Below are positions 61,362 to 64,000 of a stretch of 64,000 nt of DNA, piece by piece. A program made the position numbers and the translations under genes. A model generated the notes under the pieces. That model ran no database searches, had not been told where the DNA came from, and saw only the letters and a list, made by a program, of their open reading frames with translations. The stretch lies in the NCBI GenBank assembly GCA_973895155.1, contig OZ316891.1, positions 17,077,651 to 17,141,650 on the forward strand, read 5' to 3'. Numbering within the stretch: the first letter of the stretch is position 1; every line of letters begins with the position of its first letter. Source of the DNA: Marsupella aquatica. Its lineage: Eukaryota; Plantae; Marchantiophyta.

Positions 61362-62670
61362 ATGTCATTTTCAGATTCAGACTCAGACACAAGCTCGTCT
61401 GAGGGGGAGGTTCCTCCACCCCCTCCTCCAGATCGTCCTCGTGCTCCACTAGGACCCATACCTTGCTGGTGTGTGAGAGATGTAAGGGACTTGTGGTTCG
61501 ACATGTGTGGGAGACTTGTGAGCACATCGAGAACTATGGCCGCCACGAGGGTGATATGCCAGGGTATTTGCCTAGCCAGGTACAGATATGTTTATGTCCC
61601 CTATTCATTCCATAAATGCATTCCAATTTAGGGTATTTCTTAATTATCTTGCATTTACATCCCACTACTTAATTTATTGATTTGTGTAAAACCATTGTAC
61701 GTGTGTTGAAATAGGTGCCTCGTAGGCCCCCACCTCTTTTGGTTCCTGAAGCTATGTGGTTGGAAGGGTTTCTAGCAAGGGCCATGGAGTTGCTTGCAGT
61801 TCCTCCTGCCCAGATGCCTCTTAGCCCACCTGCTCCTATCCCCACTTCCGTGCCCACACATGAGCATGTAGAGGGGGAACCGGTCTCTCGGCCCGAGGTT
61901 GTGACTACTAGGGTCCTACGAACACGACCACGATCTGGTAGACGTAGATGGCAGTATGGACCACTGGACCAGGTAGACAGACGAGAGGAGGTGTTAGGTA
62001 CTAGTGATCGACCAGCCGGTAATGTAGATTATATTTGCGTTGAGGGCAGGTTTGGACTATCCTATCTCACTGGTAGGGCTGTCAAAGTTTTGAAGGACTT
62101 TTCTCCAAGTCTCTTCAAATTCCAGATTTTATTCCTACAGATGAACCAGTTCAGATATGGGGTCGCCCTTGGATAGTGAAGGCATCCTCTATTGGTCCTG
62201 ATATAGGATATGGTCTTTTTGCTTTGGAGGATATTGTGATCCCTCCAAAGCCATGGAGACGTGGTTATGATGGAGAGCACCTCTTTCCTTACATTGGGGT
62301 TGTATATAACTCCAAGAGTTGGAATATTTTGTTGTGTCAACACCCAAGTTGGGGGGTGTATGCATTGAGGATGGACTCAGACCTGGATGAGGTCTTCACT
62401 AGGCCGTGGCATTGCCGGATGATTGATGGTGACCCTATTCGGAACGGTAATTTAGCAGGGTACATCAATAGTACCACAGGTAGAGATAGAGGTTTGGAGG
62501 CTAATGTAGAGTGGATTCAAATGTTTGGTCCACCTAGACATCCATATTTTGTGAAACATATGGACGACCATATCATGACAGTAGCTGTTAGGACCATTAG
62601 AGCTGGTGAGGAGTTATTGTGTGAGTATGAGTGGGATGCACCAAAATTGTCCTTGCGTTGTCGTCCATGA
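61362..62670 (+). pseudogene. SET-domain gene inside the CACTA element (exons 61362-61579, 61715-62072, 62141-62670)
   Basis: IGYGLFALEDI, FPYIG, IDGDP..GNLAGYINST..ANV, AVRTIRAGEELLCEY. Exon 1 gives CWCERC..H after removing a 2-nt GT slip at about 61471. Confidence 0.78.
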
Positions 62671-62793
62671 TAGTTTCTTGGACTTACATACATGTATATA
62701 TATATGTCAGTTTATTTTACATGTTTACATGAGAATGATGTTGTTCAGCAGTGCATGTGTTGATGAGATTAATTAATTGATGTTGTATGATAG

Positions 62794-63961
62794 AATCAAT
62801 ATGTAACACCTGATATTGGGGTAATATCACGAGCTATGCGACAACACCTTGTTGAGGCCATGGTGGCCAACCGTGGGCATGAACCGCAAAGGCAAGAGGA
62901 TGGGGTACAACATGATGGTGATGATCCTATCCAAGACCATCTTGATGAGGAGAGGGCCATGGATGAGCTCATGGACCAATTCTATGATGATCACAATGAC
63001 ATTGGTTTGGAGGACATTGGTTCAACCCATGAAAGGACTAGTCATCCACATCCTTCTAGGGGGTCCCAAGACAAGCAATGGGAGGAGGCGCAACGTCATG
63101 TCCGTACTCACATATTCGAGGGGAGTAGGTTATCTCGGCTCTCATCAATAATGTTGTTGCTCAACTTGCAGCAAAGACATGGGGCAAGCAATCTACTTTT
63201 GGATGATGTTTTCCGTACCTTGCATGATCGTATTTTGCCAGTAGGCAACGCATTGCCAGCCTCTTGGAAAGAGGCTAAACAGGTGTTGAGGTCCATTGGC
63301 CTGAAGTATGAGGTGATACATGCATGTGTGGATGATTGCATTATTTTTAGGGGTGAGCATGAAAATGCCACTACATGTCCTAAATGTCAGAAGCCATGGT
63401 ACCGTGATGACATGTTGACGGGGAAGGTACCGCAAAAGGTTATGAGGTACTTTCCTCTTATCCCTCGATTGCGACATCAATTCCGATGTGTAGAGTTGGC
63501 TGAGATGATGGTATGGCACTCACAAAATTGTTCTAATATGGCTGTACCCTCTAGTGCCATGCGGATGATGGTTGACTCTCCTGCCAATTGATTTGTAGAG
63601 GATAGATGGGGAGAGTTCAAAATTGACCCACGACATGTTCGACTGGGCTTGGCAGCAGACGGTATCAGCCCTTTTGCATTGACAGGAAAAGCCAAACCAT
63701 ATTCGGTGTGGCCAGTAGTGTTGACAAACTACAACATCCCTCCTTGGATGGCCATGAAGAAAGGTCACCTACTACTCTCCATGATTATTCCGGGTCCTAA
63801 GCAAGTTAAAAAGATTGATGTGTACTTGCAGCCATTGATTGATGAGTTGATACAACTGTGGAGAGGAGTGGATTGTTATGATGGACGTCACAACACAGGA
63901 GGTTTATCTCGCGTATTTACTCTAAAGGCCATCCTTATGTGGACCATGCATGATTTACCAG
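62794..63961 (+). pseudogene. CACTA TnpD/Tnp2 (Transposase_21-type) transposase, N-terminal part
   Basis: IHACVDDCIIF..CPKC; MRYFPLIPRL; RLGLAADGISPF; YSVWPV..YNIPPW; IIPGPKQ..IDVYLQPLIDEL; HDLPG, then a GT donor. Stop at 63589-63591. Confidence 0.95.
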
Positions 63962-64000
63962 GTTAGTATGGTAAACCCTTATTTCCTCTAGTACCTAAAC

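Larger units (their letters stand above)
56751..64000. mobile_element. CACTA/En-Spm DNA transposon, running off the window end
   Basis: Tnp2-type transposase, TnpA-like gene and subterminal repeats. The left terminus CCCTTCAGGAAAA (cf. CACTACAAGAAAA) is tentative; the right TIR and TSD are not in the window. Confidence 0.75.

Overview
Eukaryotic, almost entirely transposon-derived DNA. GT-AG introns, plant-type tRNA primer sites and Athila/MULE/CACTA-type proteins suggest a plant, possibly a non-seed plant (inference). No ordinary host gene was recognised. 1-45.5 kb is a nest of Ty3/gypsy (non-chromovirus, Athila-like) LTR retrotransposons, each bounded by a readable 5-bp TSD. Solo LTR C (648-4494) lies to the left of element A (7098-45492, minus). 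A contains solo LTR D, full-length element B (21202-36763) and solo LTR E. The LTRs of B/E, C and D each carry a whole large homologous gene (about 1,200 aa in B). 45878-56508 is a Mutator-like DNA transposon (8-bp TSD) with a GCM-like/DDE/SWIM transposase and a divergent spliced gene fusing a ParB/Srx-like domain to a beta-class N6/N4 DNA-methyltransferase-like domain. About 14 copies of the palindrome TAGCGCCNGGCGCTA sit in its introns, promoter and ends; this is the best candidate for an undescribed system. From about 56.75 kb to the window end is a CACTA element with a TnpA-like gene, a TnpD transposase and a SET-domain exon cassette that could be alternatively spliced with the transposase. 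All domain calls come from motif reading by eye, not database searches. Most ORFs carry nonsense changes consistent with C>T/G>A decay.
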